Below, piece by piece: positions 1 to 10,804 of a stretch of DNA of 64,000 nt. Position 1 is the first letter of the stretch. Each line of letters starts with the position of its first letter. The DNA comes from Meyerozyma guilliermondii (Eukaryota): NCBI GenBank assembly GCA_051546255.1, contig CP128819.1, forward strand, positions 310,001-374,000. The letters run 5' to 3'. A program made the translations under genes and the position numbers. The notes under the pieces were generated by a model. It was not told where the DNA came from. It made no database searches and saw nothing but the letters and a program-made list of their open reading frames with translations.

Positions 1-384
1 GGCGCCACAAGAAGAATCTTTAACCTCTCGAAACATCCTAGAACCCACATAGACGATGCCTCGGCCAGGTTATCGATTTCTCATGTCATCCCCGAACTTC
101 TGTGTTTCATTGTGATATCACAGCAGGGTCTCGCATCGATCTTCAGACTCTGCAAACACCGCGGTGTTTATGGCATGCGTCAAGAACACATTCTTCCAAG
201 CGCTCGTAGTCTTCTGGAGATATACGCGGGAGGGAAGACGATTTGCGGTTTGGCGGTTAGACGAGCAAGTGCAGCGGTTGAAGACCCTCGGTACCTCATC
301 TACATAACTTATACTGACGGGTTGGTGATAACTTACGAACTTCGTCTTCCGGAAAAGCTGGCTATGAATATCATCGATGTCTGA
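1..384 (+). CDS. CRT10: 3' end of a Crt10-like WD/beta-propeller protein (partial; starts before the window)
   Basis: Frame 1 is open from base 1 to TGA at 382-384. ...RLSISHVIPELSCFIVISQQGLASIFRLCKHRGVYGMRQEHILP...RYLIYITYTDGLVITYEL resembles the Crt10 C-terminus as I recall it. Confidence 0.7.
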   Translation, partial: GATRRIFNLSKHPRTHIDDASARLSISHVIPELLCFIVISQQGLASIFRLCKHRGVYGMRQEHILPSARSLLEIYAGGKTICGLAVRRASAAVEDPRYLIYITYTDGLVITYELRLPEKLAMNIIDV

Positions 385-550
385 TTTCAAATTACATTTT
401 TTCGCAGCCAAATTTTTGTACTGCATATAGCCCGGTGTGACGTACCGCGTTTTGTGTCACGCATTTCTTGTTTATTTGTTTCACGGCGTTTACGGTGTAT
501 CACCTATTTTTCAACAGCTATTATTCCGCTTTTGTGGTTCATCGCGTCGT

Positions 551-2086
551 ATGGATTTGTTGAGCCTAGGCGCTCGCTCTCGTAAGACGGGTTTGACTCC
601 CAAAGAAAACTTGAAGCGTGACAAATATGATATGGAAGATGTGGATGCGTTCTTTGAAGATGACGATAAGGGTGTAGATGCTGGTTCTGTCAAGCGGAAC
701 TCAATTAATTCACAAATGCTGCATCGATCTATATCTTCAGGATCTTCTGTGCTTTCAGAAACTCCGAAACAGAGAGACAGTCTTAATAATGTTGCACGAA
801 AGATAGACTTCACGGAAGCTGAAGCAGAACGATTCCGCTTGTCTGTAGTTTCCATGTCAGATCGATCTGGTAAGAAGCCCAATAAACTGGTGCCACTACG
901 ATCTCCACTACACGAGGCCACGAAGGGCCGTTCTACTGGGTTCGACCACCACAACTACGACGAATACGAGACTGATAATTTTGATTTTAGTAACGAGCAG
1001 GAAGCAACTCTATCACCGATCCCAATTCCAGATATAGATTCTCCCCCTGTTGGCTCACCTGTTACCCAAAAGCCTGCGAGACAATCGAAAACACCAGCAA
1101 CTTCGAATTCACGTGGCACGTCCAAGAAAGCTGCATCGTTGACCAAGCAGATGGCGCTCGGTCTGAAGTCAATTAATGATAACCAGAAATGGATCAATCT
1201 GGGGTTTTCACTCTCTGACATTGATTCCGAACCATCTGCAGAAATAATATCCCCACCACCTACAGCAAAGAAAAACGCTCAGCGGCAAGTTGAAACCATT
1301 GTGAGGCCGTCGCCGCTTCCGTCACCCCCGCCAGATGGTTTGAGGCGTTCGAAGAGGACCAAAATTGCTCCTCTTGCATTTTGGAGGAATGAACGTATTG
1401 TTTATACCCGTGCTGATGAATTGGAGGAGAAAGATGGCAAGCTTGCAGATGATATCCATAATATACCATTGCGAGAAATCAAAGAAGTGGTTCATATTCC
1501 AGAGCGTGGTAATGCTCAAAGTCGTTCACGAAGGTCTCTGAGGCCACGCAATTTGAGAGCAAACAAATCTCGAAATAATAGAAGGCCCACACCCGCAGAG
1601 CTTAGTGGTCGTTTTGCTGGCTCTGAATGGATTAAAGACAAGTACCTTTCTTTAGATGTTTTTGAAACCCCAGACTCAAATTCTCGTCACGACAGGCGTA
1701 TAGCTTGGGCACCCGATTCAGTAACATACACAGATCACCTTATAGAATCGTCCGATCCTGACGTTGCTGAAAACTTCAAAGTGGCTACCCTTTTCAATGA
1801 AGATCGCGACTTCATTGCTTGTGCTATGCTCCAACTTCCGGTGGATGGCTTCAAACTTCTGCGCTCATCGGCAGGCAGTGTATATATATTTCATGTTGTG
1901 GAAGGCGACGTGGAAGTTACCTTGAATGATCTGACTTTTGTGGTCACAAGAGCATGTTCATTTGAAGTTCCTCGTGGTAATATTTATGGGTTCAAAAATG
2001 TGGGAACCGAAGCAGCAACGTTGTTCTTCGTTCAAAGTCAACCGCATTTGGGAGAAGCACAAAGTGACACTGATGATTCCGAGTAA
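551..2086 (+). CDS. MIF2: Inner kinetochore protein Mif2 / CENP-C
   Basis: N-terminal MDLLSLGARSRKTG...DxxxMEDVDAFF (Mif2_N), CENP-C motif GLRRSKRTKIAPLAFWRNERIVY and a C-terminal cupin. The first ATG is at 551; the ORF track uses an upstream GTG. Confidence 0.95.
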   Translation: MDLLSLGARSRKTGLTPKENLKRDKYDMEDVDAFFEDDDKGVDAGSVKRNSINSQMLHRSISSGSSVLSETPKQRDSLNNVARKIDFTEAEAERFRLSVVSMSDRSGKKPNKLVPLRSPLHEATKGRSTGFDHHNYDEYETDNFDFSNEQEATLSPIPIPDIDSPPVGSPVTQKPARQSKTPATSNSRGTSKKAASLTKQMALGLKSINDNQKWINLGFSLSDIDSEPSAEIISPPPTAKKNAQRQVETIVRPSPLPSPPPDGLRRSKRTKIAPLAFWRNERIVYTRADELEEKDGKLADDIHNIPLREIKEVVHIPERGNAQSRSRRSLRPRNLRANKSRNNRRPTPAELSGRFAGSEWIKDKYLSLDVFETPDSNSRHDRRIAWAPDSVTYTDHLIESSDPDVAENFKVATLFNEDRDFIACAMLQLPVDGFKLLRSSAGSVYIFHVVEGDVEVTLNDLTFVVTRACSFEVPRGNIYGFKNVGTEAATLFFVQSQPHLGEAQSDTDDSE

Positions 2087-2141
2087 TCCAGAGTTCGCTA
2101 CGTATTAATTAAGTATACTTTATTATACATGACATTACGAT

Positions 2142-2846
2142 CTAATTTTGGTCTACCTTCGTAACTTGGTTATCTTCGTTATCGAAATAAGCAACGAGCT
2201 CTGGCTTGAATTCCGAGGCTGCGACACCGAATTGCTTTAACAACAATGCTTGTCTAACATCCAAGGTGTCACCTTTACGACACACGACGTATGGCTCACT
2301 CAAAGTGATCTTTCCCGACTTGATTCTTGTTGGAACCTTCAACTTGTTACGCAATGTTTCTTCAACAGAATGAGACATAGGAACATCTTCTTCAATAGGA
2401 ATTTGACCACCTCTCGAGTAAACTATTCCCTCAGGAATAACGAAGTCAATTGGAGCCTTTGTTTTAGCACGAGAGTAATCTTGTTTGGAATATGCTGAGA
2501 AGTAAGCTGTCACGGTCTCTGGAGTCTCATCAGTGAAAAGTAACCCACTCACACCAGTGCATGATTTAGAGAGTTTGTGCAAGTTATCTTTGTACTCATC
2601 TTCGGGCTTTTCTCCCAATGCTTTTTCCAATACTTTTCTCTTTCCCATCAACAATTTGGACCCAGTCCAGTCACTTCTTATGTCCTGCAACACTGGGGTA
2701 CGAACATCATCAAGACGGATTACCCAAACAAAACGAAACTCATCTAAGGCAGACCTTACTTCATCAAAGATCCTTATTTTATTTTCTTTTCCCTTTTTGT
2801 CGGTTTGAGCTAAAGTCACAAGCTTGGACCGCTTTGATCTAGGCAT
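2142..2846 (-). CDS. MRT4: Ribosome assembly factor Mrt4 (P0-like)
   Basis: MPRSKRSKLVTLAQTDKKGKENK N-terminus and an uL10-like domain. Confidence 0.97.
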   Translation of the reverse strand: MPRSKRSKLVTLAQTDKKGKENKIRIFDEVRSALDEFRFVWVIRLDDVRTPVLQDIRSDWTGSKLLMGKRKVLEKALGEKPEDEYKDNLHKLSKSCTGVSGLLFTDETPETVTAYFSAYSKQDYSRAKTKAPIDFVIPEGIVYSRGGQIPIEEDVPMSHSVEETLRNKLKVPTRIKSGKITLSEPYVVCRKGDTLDVRQALLLKQFGVAASEFKPELVAYFDNEDNQVTKVDQN

Positions 2847-2893
2847 GATGAGATGAGAAGTAAGTGCGATGCCTTCTGAAAATTAGCGATGAG
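2847..2893. promoter_or_regulatory. PAC (GCGATGAG) and RRPE-like elements upstream of MRT4
   Basis: GCGATGAG at 2886-2893, GATGAGATGAG at 2847-2857 and TGAAAATT at 2877-2884; these are known ribosome-biogenesis regulon motifs. Confidence 0.65.
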
Positions 2894-2939
2894 GTGCCGA
2901 AAAAAGATATCCTGTATGTAACCCCGGTTGTAGGTGGTC

Positions 2940-4547
2940 CTACTTGAATAAAGACTCTCCAAGCTGCACCCCTTGTAGAATGGGGGGATTGATTACATAG
3001 TGCCCTAAATCGCAATAGGTATCAAGGACCTTGTAGATGGGAGAAAAAAAATTTGCAAGCAAATCGATTTGTATAGCGAGAGGAATCTGGCGCCGGTTTA
3101 TGAGCAAATCGGCTGCGAAATGATAAAACTGATTTGCTTCGACGAGTGCTTTTGTATTGTTCCATGCCTGGGTATCGTACACCACAATTGGTAGTATCTG
3201 TAGAAAAATTTTCAAGTTCTTGTACGCTAGTGAGTGGGACTTATTAGCATGTGGATCAAATACAAGTTCGTCTCGCACTCTTTCTTTGTGATAAGACATA
3301 AAATCTTTCATGATACGAATCATTTCAAAGCTCTTGATGTCGGTTCTGTCTTTCGATTCAAAGTAGGTTATGCATAATTGTAGGAACGTTTCCTCGTATG
3401 CGGCTATATCGAGTGCACAAATCACCCTTCCAAACGAATGAAGCACAATGTGACTGAAAGGCGAATCTTCCTCAAAGAAAGCGTATTGAATCAAATATCT
3501 GTAATATTCTCCCAAGACATTGCTCTCTATCTCGCTATCCTCCGAGTATAAGACATAATCGATGGTCATATCCAATAACGGAGCGTAGTCAGGCAACGAT
3601 GTCACAGCTGCTGTGAATAGAGTAAGCAAATTAGCTCCAATGGAATTTCGAATGATGCCAATAGCTGTCGAAACATCCTCATTTCTTCCAATGTAGTCGA
3701 TTTTGCAAAGGAGTGATAACACTCCAACAGCGGTTTCTGAATTTTGTCCACGAAGTACATGCTGAATCAAGTCAATTGCCAGAGCATGAACCTCCGAGTT
3801 ACTTAGGCGGGACATCAGCTTTAAAAACCTTATCGTATCATCAATGTATGGGTCTGAGAAGCTGTCACCAGCAACTACATCTTGCTGCTTCGTTCGTCTT
3901 CTTTTCCTCGTTCTTATCGAGCTCACACTTGGTTCCATATTATCATGAAATTCGCTGTCGACTTCATCATCATAAATCTCTAATAGATCAGAGTAAGTCT
4001 CATTCGTCTCCTCTTTCAGTTCACTGGGATCTGGGTCTACCGATCGGCATACCTCAACATCTTCACTGGTGATATTCGGGGCCAGAAACACCTGAGCCTT
4101 AAAAGCCGCGGTCATAATTTGAATTCCCAGTGCATACTTGTTCCATTGACGAACAATCAGCGGTTCTCTGGGTGGAAACTGAGACACAACTTGCGGTTCA
4201 GTTTTCTTCTCGGGTGCTTTACTCGCCGGGGTTTTCTTGTTCCATCTAAAGAGACAACTGCATCCAAGCACTACACAAATTAAAATTGATAAAGTCGTGA
4301 ACCATTGGTGCGATTCAGTAAGTCTCTGGACCTTATTTCGTACCACAGCGTTCAACGTTTGCTTATAAACAGCAAAACAGTTGTTTCTTTCTTCATAGGC
4401 GTAGGAAGGTATCAGGCGAAATTTGGGGACTGGTTTGGGGGCACCAATAGTTCTTATTACGTTTCCATAAGTTTTTCTGGTTAAGGAGTGTAACATTGCA
4501 CGGTTTATATGGTTCAATAACGCAGTAAATAGCGTTATTATACCCAT
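2940..4547 (-). CDS. Uncharacterised ~535 aa protein with one predicted TM segment, an acidic/basic linker and a helical C-terminal domain
   Basis: Long ORF with first ATG at 4547. Hydrophobic WFTTLSILICVVLGCSCLFRW and basic RTRKRRRTK. Family not recognised. Confidence 0.75.
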   Translation of the reverse strand: MGIITLFTALLNHINRAMLHSLTRKTYGNVIRTIGAPKPVPKFRLIPSYAYEERNNCFAVYKQTLNAVVRNKVQRLTESHQWFTTLSILICVVLGCSCLFRWNKKTPASKAPEKKTEPQVVSQFPPREPLIVRQWNKYALGIQIMTAAFKAQVFLAPNITSEDVEVCRSVDPDPSELKEETNETYSDLLEIYDDEVDSEFHDNMEPSVSSIRTRKRRRTKQQDVVAGDSFSDPYIDDTIRFLKLMSRLSNSEVHALAIDLIQHVLRGQNSETAVGVLSLLCKIDYIGRNEDVSTAIGIIRNSIGANLLTLFTAAVTSLPDYAPLLDMTIDYVLYSEDSEIESNVLGEYYRYLIQYAFFEEDSPFSHIVLHSFGRVICALDIAAYEETFLQLCITYFESKDRTDIKSFEMIRIMKDFMSYHKERVRDELVFDPHANKSHSLAYKNLKIFLQILPIVVYDTQAWNNTKALVEANQFYHFAADLLINRRQIPLAIQIDLLANFFSPIYKVLDTYCDLGHYVINPPILQGVQLGESLFK

Positions 4548-4871
4548 TTGGTGGTTCTGTGACAAATAGAATGTGAAGTGGTAATTTCGCAGCCACCAGT
4601 AAAATTGTGAGCGATCGTACAAAGAGAAAAAATTGAAAGATGAAACGATTCGAAGCACATCTCTTTACATCCTGAGACTTTCAGTCGGTTATAAATCACA
4701 CATTTGATTCATGCTATGTTTACACAAAGTCGGTGCTCTATTGAGTTTACAATGGGTGATCATCCTCTCCAAATACAATCTGGTTCGTCCCGAGCTTTCT
4801 CTCGGGCCAGCTGTGGTATTTAAAGGTGAACTTGCCAATTGAGTACCCATAGCGCATGATAATCTAAAGAA

Positions 4872-5195
4872 TCACCAATCTCCAGGAACGACCTTCTCCT
4901 TGGCCAACGGAATGTTTCTTTGGTATTTTGTTCCACCAGGGCGGCAAGGGGGAATATAGGGGTCAGGGTGCTTCCACTCTGCCAATTTGACCTCAGTTTT
5001 GCGAATGATTTGCTCTAATTCATCAGGGTTATTAACTGTCTTGTTGGCTTCGAACTGAGCTCTAATCTTCAAGGTTTCTTGTCTGTATGCATCGAACTTC
5101 AATGAGCTGTCGAAGGCAGTTCTTAATGCTTTTCTGAACAAGGACGCTACTCTGCGCGAGTTGGCTTCCGTGAAAGGCATGATGGGGCCCGACAT
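4872..5195 (-). CDS. Complex I accessory subunit NDUFB9/B22 (LYR family)
   Basis: LYR-like SLFRKALR followed by HPDPYIPPCRPGGTKYQRN, typical of NDUFB9. Confidence 0.9.
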   Translation of the reverse strand: MSGPIMPFTEANSRRVASLFRKALRTAFDSSLKFDAYRQETLKIRAQFEANKTVNNPDELEQIIRKTEVKLAEWKHPDPYIPPCRPGGTKYQRNIPLAKEKVVPGDW

Positions 5196-5355
5196 GGCTA
5201 TTAGCGTACTAGGTGTAAGTGAATTTTTGTGCAGTTTTCATTGGTCGTGAATGGTTTGTATGCAGTATGTTCTACAGGCAGGAATATATAGAAAGAATGA
5301 ACTAGTCGACAATGAAGTAGGATAATTTTAATTGTACATAGAGTAAATAGTAGTT

Positions 5356-7302
5356 TCAGCTGTCGATGCACATCAAACTTCCGACAAACGAAAGTATCAA
5401 TCTTGCTCTGCACTCGATAATATCCTCTGGCACCAACCAAATAAGAGCTCCTAACTTTCTTGCAATCGAGATTGCCAACTTGGCGTTTGCGTACTTTTCG
5501 TCGTCGCTTAAGTTATTACCTTGATAAACCAAGTCGTAGTCAACATATCCTGGCTTGAGTCCATTCAACACGTTTAACAAATAGACACCGCTGCTGACCG
5601 AAGAGTCTTTGAAGGAGCGAATAGTAGACGATTTTCCTCCTTTTTGAACCTTCTCGTTGGCCCACTTCAAAATGTCAGAATCACTAACATTGTGGCCCCC
5701 TGACCTAAGCAGTGCCAAAGTGTTGATGATGTTACGTCTCATCAACTGCCACACCAAACCCAAGGTAAGCAATTTGTTGGCATCGACAATGTCAGAACCT
5801 TCAATACCCACCAAGGAGAAGTTGCTAGCCTTTCCGACTTCGACCGCATAATTGGTGTTCTCGAGAGCTTTGAATCTGGAAATTGGAGCTCCACTAGCTG
5901 GTCGTTGATTAGCATGTTTCAATGATACACTTCCCGGCAATACTTTGTCGAACGCTTGCAAAAGAATTAAACCATCTCTCAAGTCCTCGAAAAGAGAGAC
6001 AACTGGTGGGTCGACATCTAAAGAGTTCAACCAGAGAGTGAACACTCTAGCTTCTCTCTCTCCTTCTGCGTCAAAGTCTTCGATTTCTGGCTTCTCGCTT
6101 TCCTCAATAGGATCTAAACCAGGGTAAGTATTGAATAAGTGAGCAACGAAAGCCAAGTTTAACTTTGGATTACCAGCAACTAAGGAGGTTGGAGTCAAGT
6201 ATTTTCTGCACCCTATCTTGTCGGCATTCAGCAAAACCTTTTCAGCTCGCTGCAAAAGGTCAGAAGTCTTCAATGGCGATAAATCACAATGTTCTGGTTG
6301 CAACTGGTTAAGCAAGACGGTATAGTTCTCACCGTCACTGATATCCTTGGAGAAGTTGGCCACTCTTCTTTCTGAACCAGCGTTCTTCAAGTGGTAGTTG
6401 AACCATCTCAACAAAATTTGCTCTGGAGGAAGTCTCAAGAACTGCTCCAATGTTTCGTCATCTTCAAGTAATCGGTACAATTCTGGGTGAAGCTTAATAT
6501 CAACCTTGGATAAAAGGCCACGACGTATAATTTGCCAAATTAAGCCCAATATCAAATGTTCTTTTCCGTCAATAATATCGTCGGTGTGTACATTGACTAC
6601 CACGCATCCTATAGCCTTGGCAGAGTTAATGACAATGTTAGCATTTTCCGACATTTGAAAGTTATTCAAAACCTTCTTCTTGGCAGAAGGCATATTGAGC
6701 ACTCTGGTGTCAATAGTGTCAGGTACGGAGTCATTGATCAACTTGGACAATACAAGACCATCACGACATTCATCGAACACCTGAAAGGTTTCTGTGTCGA
6801 AAGGAAGTCTGTCTCCAATATGGGGATCGCCAGCTAAGACCGAATTAATGTGTCTGGTAAATTCGATTCTTTCTTCATCATTGATCGTGTGGGTTGTTCC
6901 TGAAGTTTTACCCCCAATATACTTCTTCTTGGCAGCACCAGCGGGCGACTTTGGAGTAGGAGAAGTAGCAAATCCATCTCCACCTGTGGAAGGTCTTGGG
7001 GACGTAGGGATCGGCGCAGCATTGGGTTTCAAACCACCAGACGCTTCCTCCTTAAGTTTTGCCATCAATTGCACGTAATCTTCAAGTTCAACGTGTCCTG
7101 AAGCATCGACATCCACTTCTTTCAATGTCTCTCGAGCCTCATCATAGGTATAGTTGCCCCTTTTCGAAACAGCATTGATGACATCCTTTTTTTCAGCCCA
7201 GCCCTTCTCCTCGATATCAATGTTGCGGAAGTCCTCGATAATTCCGAACAATTCCGATTGATCTAGAACTGGATACTTTTTTTGCAACTTCAACACATTC
7301 AT
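5356..7302 (-). CDS. SAC6: Fimbrin, actin-bundling protein
   Basis: MNVLKLQKKYP start, EF-hands and four CH domains (e.g. LRLPPEQILLRWFNYHL). Confidence 0.98.
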   Translation of the reverse strand: MNVLKLQKKYPVLDQSELFGIIEDFRNIDIEEKGWAEKKDVINAVSKRGNYTYDEARETLKEVDVDASGHVELEDYVQLMAKLKEEASGGLKPNAAPIPTSPRPSTGGDGFATSPTPKSPAGAAKKKYIGGKTSGTTHTINDEERIEFTRHINSVLAGDPHIGDRLPFDTETFQVFDECRDGLVLSKLINDSVPDTIDTRVLNMPSAKKKVLNNFQMSENANIVINSAKAIGCVVVNVHTDDIIDGKEHLILGLIWQIIRRGLLSKVDIKLHPELYRLLEDDETLEQFLRLPPEQILLRWFNYHLKNAGSERRVANFSKDISDGENYTVLLNQLQPEHCDLSPLKTSDLLQRAEKVLLNADKIGCRKYLTPTSLVAGNPKLNLAFVAHLFNTYPGLDPIEESEKPEIEDFDAEGEREARVFTLWLNSLDVDPPVVSLFEDLRDGLILLQAFDKVLPGSVSLKHANQRPASGAPISRFKALENTNYAVEVGKASNFSLVGIEGSDIVDANKLLTLGLVWQLMRRNIINTLALLRSGGHNVSDSDILKWANEKVQKGGKSSTIRSFKDSSVSSGVYLLNVLNGLKPGYVDYDLVYQGNNLSDDEKYANAKLAISIARKLGALIWLVPEDIIECRARLILSFVGSLMCIDS

Positions 7303-7630
7303 TGTAGATGTTGACTCCGCCCTTTGTTCCAGAACTTGAGTTCATGACTGCTTGGTAATTCCTTATGTAAGCGCTTGCTATTTATAAATCGAGTTGAAAA
7401 TATCACTGTTCCGTCATTTCGTGTCTGTAGATTCAATTCCAAGAGCTGGGGGGACTTTTCTCAGGTGTTTAGACTCCCTCTCGACCTTCGATCAAAGATC
7501 AAGTTCCCTACAAACTGTATGTCCTGCATGTAGTGTATATAGAACTGTGTAAAGCTTACTGCTACATCCATATTGGCACCGGGGTAATTGAGTTGGTTTT
7601 TGTTTATGTTAGTGTGTTCTTTGTAACAGA

Positions 7631-10600
7631 ATGTCATTGAGATCCAATAAGCAAATTGAACTGACAGTATCAGATCAGGTACCGACCTTTTCACTTGAAC
7701 CCGTGCATTTACAATTCGACCTAAATGGAACATTACGAAAAGTATTAGTACAGAATAACGTTTTGTATTTAATTCGAAGTACTGTCGTATCACGAATAGA
7801 TTTATCCCGGCCCTCAGCTGTCGGCAATTGTCCGCTTCCTCAGACAAAGTCCAAAATAAGAGACAGTTGGCTACACCCCAACGGAAAACACCTTATCATT
7901 TCATTCGAGGATTTAACATATTACTATCTTCATATTTCGTATCAAAAGTTTAAGCCTTTGACTAAATTTAAGGGCTTGAATGTTGCCCAATTGATATTCT
8001 TGAGCTCCAAAGAAGATTCAACCGTTGATGCGAGCCTGCTCTTGCTCACATGCAAAGATGGAGCAGTTCATCTTGGCCATATTAAAGCTCATGGAAGTTC
8101 ACAAGAGGGAAAGCGTGATGATAAGCATCTAAAACAAGTCTATAAAAACTCGGAGACATATCTTGGAATAAGCATATCAAATAATGGGACCCGAATCACA
8201 ATCTTGACGACGCTGCAGGTTTTATATTGGGATTGTTTCGAGTTGACCTTCCCGGAATTATTAAGTGTTTTCAAATTAGCACCTGTATCTCAAAACCTAA
8301 CTGCAGATGTGAGTCTGCGTTCTGTATTCAAGGATTCCTCCGAAGGATGGGTGATTATTGATCGTGATTCCAATAGTTTGGTGTATCCCGCGGGCAATGG
8401 TACTCAGATTAAACAGCTTCCTATCACAAAAGAGAACTCCAAGTATGATCAGGACTCGATAACTATATCAAAGCATCATTTGTTGTTCTTGAATCATCAA
8501 GAAATTAACGTTATAAACAGACTTACAAATAATCTCACCACTCACATAAGTCTTGAGGATATCTGGCTGGACGCGGAGCCCGTCATTGGTCTTGCCCTGG
8601 ATTTTCTCTGCTCCACCTTCTGGGTCTATACTGCAAACAGTATATTTGAAATTGTGATTGCAAATGAGTCAATTTCGGTGTGGTTCGACTATTATAAGCT
8701 AGGCGATTTTGATCAAGCACTAAAGTGTATAAACCCAAGCGACCCTACCGCCAAGATAAAGATTGACTTCATTCATATTAAGCAGGGATATGACCTTCTC
8801 CAGAAAGGTCTCTTCGGATCACCGGTTCTGAATGAATGCCCGGATAGCGATGCAATTGATTTGCAAATCAAGGGTATAAGAAAGTTAGGAGATCTGAATG
8901 AGCCATTCGAGAAGGTATGCTTAATGCTCTTGAACTTACAGGATGTCCACAATGCTAACTTCCGAGCCTTGAATTTGTCCAATACCTTACTCATTGAGTA
9001 TCTATTGACAAAGTTCAAAGCAGTTAAGCAGCAGTCCAACACCGTAAGGCTAACAGTACTTTCTACCTGGATTGTTGAGTTGATGCTGAGACAATTGTAC
9101 ACTACAGAATCTGCTGCAAATGTTGCGAAGTCATCTGCAACGGGAGCTTCTGATCTCAGCATTTTGGAGAAGGAACTTGAAAGAATCACAGACCAATTTC
9201 ACTCCTTTTTGAAAAACAATGAAAAGTTTCTTGATCTGAGCAGTGTTTACCAAATTCTTAAGGACTTGTGTTTGTCGGAACAACTAGTTTACTTTGCCGA
9301 GTTGAAGCAAGATTTCGAGTTTTTGGTCCATTATCATGTCGACATGTCAGACTGGGATATGGCTTTGAAAAGTTTGGTAAACCTTTACATTTCCGATAAA
9401 AAAGCGGCACTCAAGTGTGTTTATGATACGTCAACAATTTTGCTAATCAATAGTTCAAAGAAAACTGTTGATACCTGGCTTAAATTTGATGGGTTGAAGT
9501 TTGAGGATCTACTTCCCGCGATAATGGTGTACAACAAGAACAACCAGAGCATGGACTACAATGAGAATCAGACATTGAAGTACATGCAGAAGCTAATCAT
9601 AGAAAGAGGAAGTAACGACTCACTAGTCAATAATACTCTTTTAAGTCTCCTTATCACTTATCCAAAACGTCTGAATGAATCGGAGAATTTGCTCACCAAA
9701 CAACTAGTACGATTACTAAACCAATTTAAGTCTGATGATCACAATTCTGTTTCTTTCGACACTGACTTAATTTTGAGGCTCTGCTTGGCAAATTCCCGTT
9801 ACGAGGCCGCAATAATAGTCCTCATTAATGAGAAGAAGCTATACTTCGATGCAATGCAATTGGCTCTTAGCGTGAAGTCTCTCGAAATGTCAGAGCTCAT
9901 TTTAAGAAAGTTTGAAGAGACAACAGACTCAGAAGAAGACTACGAAAAACCTAAAGACTCACAGGAGAATATTGACCGCATTGGCTTGGAATACAACAAT
10001 CACGTAATTAAGAGGGATCTCTGGTTACAATACGCAAAGTACTTGATTCAGGAGGATGGTGATCGAAAATTATACAAGGAAATTGTAAAACGAAGCCTTT
10101 CAAAGGAATCTCAGCCAGATGGTAATCTTGAAAATGACAGCGATGAGTTGCGCTTAAAGCAAATTCTCAAGTACTTGCTCGAACTTTCATCCAGAACTGA
10201 CAAGATAAAGGTTCTCACGATTAAAGATCTCTTGCCTTTATTTCCCAAGACGATTTTGGTAAATAACTTCAAGGAGGAGATCGTGGAGTCTTTGAATGAG
10301 TATAATCTGAAGATCAGTACTTTAACGACCGAATTGGACTCCTCTTTGATTACGTCAAAGAAGTTGCGATCGCAGGTTAAGGATGCATTGTTGGAAACGA
10401 AGAAAGGCACCATTCATACTATCATCGAACCAGGAGAGCCTTGTCGTTTGTGCAACAATCTATTGATTAACAAGAACTTTGTCTGCTTTCCCAACTGTCA
10501 CCACGCTTTTCATAAAGATTGCATAGCTAGGTACTTTTTGCAACTGCGCGGAGATTATCAGTTCAAGCGTATTTTCCTGGAATTCAAAAAGAATTCTTCG

Positions 10601-10732
10601 CTGGCCAGCAGGGAAGAGCTTGACTCCTTGATGACCGCGGAGTGTATCTTGTGCAATGCATCCATTATAGATACCATCGATAACGATTTACTTGCAGATT
10701 CTCCGAATGTGGGGTTGAACTGGGACTTGTGA
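7631..10732 (+). CDS. PEP3: HOPS/CORVET subunit Pep3/Vps18
   Basis: N-terminal propeller with TFWVYT...IFEI...E...VW, an alpha-solenoid, IKDLLPLFP...FKEEI, and a C-terminal RING (CRLC...FPNCHHAFHKDC...ECILC). Confidence 0.92.
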   Translation: MSLRSNKQIELTVSDQVPTFSLEPVHLQFDLNGTLRKVLVQNNVLYLIRSTVVSRIDLSRPSAVGNCPLPQTKSKIRDSWLHPNGKHLIISFEDLTYYYLHISYQKFKPLTKFKGLNVAQLIFLSSKEDSTVDASLLLLTCKDGAVHLGHIKAHGSSQEGKRDDKHLKQVYKNSETYLGISISNNGTRITILTTLQVLYWDCFELTFPELLSVFKLAPVSQNLTADVSLRSVFKDSSEGWVIIDRDSNSLVYPAGNGTQIKQLPITKENSKYDQDSITISKHHLLFLNHQEINVINRLTNNLTTHISLEDIWLDAEPVIGLALDFLCSTFWVYTANSIFEIVIANESISVWFDYYKLGDFDQALKCINPSDPTAKIKIDFIHIKQGYDLLQKGLFGSPVLNECPDSDAIDLQIKGIRKLGDLNEPFEKVCLMLLNLQDVHNANFRALNLSNTLLIEYLLTKFKAVKQQSNTVRLTVLSTWIVELMLRQLYTTESAANVAKSSATGASDLSILEKELERITDQFHSFLKNNEKFLDLSSVYQILKDLCLSEQLVYFAELKQDFEFLVHYHVDMSDWDMALKSLVNLYISDKKAALKCVYDTSTILLINSSKKTVDTWLKFDGLKFEDLLPAIMVYNKNNQSMDYNENQTLKYMQKLIIERGSNDSLVNNTLLSLLITYPKRLNESENLLTKQLVRLLNQFKSDDHNSVSFDTDLILRLCLANSRYEAAIIVLINEKKLYFDAMQLALSVKSLEMSELILRKFEETTDSEEDYEKPKDSQENIDRIGLEYNNHVIKRDLWLQYAKYLIQEDGDRKLYKEIVKRSLSKESQPDGNLENDSDELRLKQILKYLLELSSRTDKIKVLTIKDLLPLFPKTILVNNFKEEIVESLNEYNLKISTLTTELDSSLITSKKLRSQVKDALLETKKGTIHTIIEPGEPCRLCNNLLINKNFVCFPNCHHAFHKDCIARYFLQLRGDYQFKRIFLEFKKNSSLASREELDSLMTAECILCNASIIDTIDNDLLADSPNVGLNWDL

Positions 10733-10744
10733 TCACGTGCCGTC

Positions 10745-10783
10745 TGAAGATTTTCCCAGTGGCATCTCATCGCATCCCATCGC
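10745..10783. promoter_or_regulatory. RRPE-like and PAC elements upstream of SPB1
   Basis: TGAAGATTTTC at 10745-10755, CTCATCGC at 10766-10773 and a near-repeat CCCATCGC at 10776-10783. Confidence 0.65.
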
Positions 10784-10804
10784 ATTTAGTACACTTGAGG
10801 CGTA

